Positions 62,241 to 64,000 of a DNA stretch of 64,000 nucleotides are shown here, piece after piece. The position numbers and the translations under genes are program-made. The DNA is taken from the sequence record NC_029091.1. One strand, written 5' to 3'. Source of the stretch: Escherichia phage APCEc01. Under the pieces are notes generated by a model. It was not told the DNA's origin. It did not search any database and was given only the letters and a program-made list of their open reading frames with translations. Within the stretch, counting starts at the first letter, position 1. Each line of letters begins with the position of its first letter.

Positions 62241-63349
62241 TAGAAAGTCCCCGCATAAAGTGAAGAACGGTTTAATGTAATAATTTCTCGCATTGTTATC
62301 TCTAACGTAAATGTTGATGGTAAGTTAGGAGCAACAGCGAGACCATTAAATTGTCCATTTGGAGTTTTATCAAAACGTACGCTTTGAATTTGACATGGAC
62401 CAAATACGTCAGTTAATCCATCAAATTTAGACGTATAACCAAAGTTTTTAACCATCCAAATTGTAGGGTTGCTTACAACTAATACATTTGTTAATGACGC
62501 AGTAATCTTTTCAAACAATGTCTTATTTTTTACTGCATCATCTGGCGTCATAGGCTCAATAAACGTTGAACGGTACCATTCGTCTAAATAACTTTTAATC
62601 TCTTGGGCGTACTGTGATTTACCGGTCTCACCATATGAGAAATAGTTAAAATACTGGTAAATGTTTATAATAGCCATAAGGTCTTCAGTTGAACGCGGAG
62701 TTAAATCCCATGTAAAGACTTTGGTACGGTTCTCAGCACCACCGTACATACTACGAGAAGTCGTATAAATCTGTTCGTTATTATCGGCCATAAGCCCTTG
62801 AGTAATAGAATCTAATGCACCAAAAACTGCAGTAGAAGCAATGTTACTTAAAACACCCGTAGCAGTACCTCCACCTTTAGTAATAAGGCTATCACCGATA
62901 TCATTAAAACGATGTGAAGTTGTATCAACATCAGATTTGGAACGTGGCAAAAGTATATTAGCAACAGGAGTTTTGTTTATAGTGGACTTATTAGCTCCGG
63001 CAGGAAGCAAGCCATTTGAGAATTTAGTCACTGCATCTTTCACGTTGTCAGTTAAATCTGATATGATACCATTAGATGAAGTCCCGGCATACGCCGGACG
63101 TAAATTCCTGAGGGATCCTGAATCGCGTGCAGACATATTGTACGCGGTAAATAATAATCCATTCTTATAAAGGTCTGTTACCTGGAAGTCTCCTGTGGAG
63201 TCATTTCCGGCTGCTCTTCCTGTAGGAAATTGAGCAACATAAGTTTTAGTAGTTGTTTCGGTTTTAGTGCTTTGCCCGGCACTTTCTGAGACTGGGATTG
63301 CTTTATTTAAATCCTTTGCATCTACTACTATTTCTTTTACACTAATCAT
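62240..63349 (-). CDS. 48: gp48 baseplate tail-tube cap
   Basis: 369 aa (T4 364 aa); position. Confidence 0.85.
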   Translation of the reverse strand: MISVKEIVVDAKDLNKAIPVSESAGQSTKTETTTKTYVAQFPTGRAAGNDSTGDFQVTDLYKNGLLFTAYNMSARDSGSLRNLRPAYAGTSSNGIISDLTDNVKDAVTKFSNGLLPAGANKSTINKTPVANILLPRSKSDVDTTSHRFNDIGDSLITKGGGTATGVLSNIASTAVFGALDSITQGLMADNNEQIYTTSRSMYGGAENRTKVFTWDLTPRSTEDLMAIINIYQYFNYFSYGETGKSQYAQEIKSYLDEWYRSTFIEPMTPDDAVKNKTLFEKITASLTNVLVVSNPTIWMVKNFGYTSKFDGLTDVFGPCQIQSVRFDKTPNGQFNGLAVAPNLPSTFTLEITMREIITLNRSSLYAGTF

Positions 63350-63357
63350 AATAATCC

Positions 63358-64000
63358 TTAATTAACACCGGTGGCATGGAAAATTCCAGGAGCCGTTGTA
63401 CTTGTTACAGGGGTCATATTCTGGACTACGGTATTCTTTTTGACGACATTATTTGTGTTACTAATCGCCGCTACCGGTTGCTGTTGTTTAGATTCAGAAG
63501 CACGTCCTTTCTCTATTGACTGAACTTGTTTTGCTTCCGGAGATTTAGACGAAGATTCAGGCTTAACTGTTGTCTGAGCCTTTTTGGCTTCAGCCATTTT
63601 ATTATTTAGCTTTTCAAATCTAGCATCTAGTTCCTTTTTAACAACAGGAGTTTTATTAAGTTCAGGGTCTTTAATAAGTTTACTTAAATCAGCATAAGAC
63701 TTCTCGACGTTTTTAGCATTTTCCGGATTAGTCATATCGATTTTATCGATATAATCCTCAAATCTAACCAGTGCCGCACGAGTTTCATTAGCTTTTATAT
63801 ACGCCTCTTTACGCTCCTCTTCAGGTAACTCTTTTAATTTTGCTGATTCCGCAGCACGCTCATCGCTTGTACTAAACTCTTCTTTATTGTCATTACCACG
63901 AACCCAGTTAGTAACGAATGTTTTGCCGCGTTGTAACATATCAAGACCTTTAGAAACGGTTCCTAATTCCCCATCGTCACGTTTCATTTGATATTTAGCG
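63358..64000 (-). CDS. 29: gp29 tail-length tape measure / baseplate hub protein, 3' portion (5' end beyond window)
   Basis: ORF open to the window edge; Lys/Glu-rich coiled-coil C-terminal region; position upstream of 48. Confidence 0.7.
   Translation of the reverse strand, partial: AKYQMKRDDGELGTVSKGLDMLQRGKTFVTNWVRGNDNKEEFSTSDERAAESAKLKELPEEERKEAYIKANETRAALVRFEDYIDKIDMTNPENAKNVEKSYADLSKLIKDPELNKTPVVKKELDARFEKLNNKMAEAKKAQTTVKPESSSKSPEAKQVQSIEKGRASESKQQQPVAAISNTNNVVKKNTVVQNMTPVTSTTAPGIFHATGVN

Overview
This window is a contiguous segment of a T4-like (Tevenvirinae-type) myovirus genome, read in the opposite orientation to the conventional T4 map. Gene order runs 61 > 56 > soc > modB/modA > srd > dda > dexA > 39 > rIIA > rIIB > ndd > 52 > motA > asiA, then a leftward late block (t, 38, 37, 36, 35, 34), then rnh > dsbA > 33 > 59 > 32 > frd > td > nrdA > nrdB > denA > 63 > spanins > pseT > cd > 31 > rIII > 30 > alt, ending with leftward 54, 48 and the 3' part of 29. 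Identifications rest on my recollection of T4 protein sequences, lengths and synteny, plus motifs read directly from the translations; no database search was run. Core genes are colinear with T4, but td and nrdB are intron-less, gene 39 is one unsplit ORF, and no homing endonuclease genes are present. The variable regions hold the most interesting content: a GT-B-like glycosyltransferase between gene 39 and rIIA.1 (candidate hmC sugar transferase, possibly an arabinosyl-type enzyme as reported for RB69-like phages), an AroG-type DAHP synthase directly upstream of cd, a NADAR-domain protein coupled to a HAD nucleotidase, a tandem triplet of paralogous small proteins, and a family of about 20 near-identical early-promoter/5'UTR cassettes, many with an inverted repeat around the -10. 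No tRNA, rRNA, CRISPR array or transposable element was recognised.
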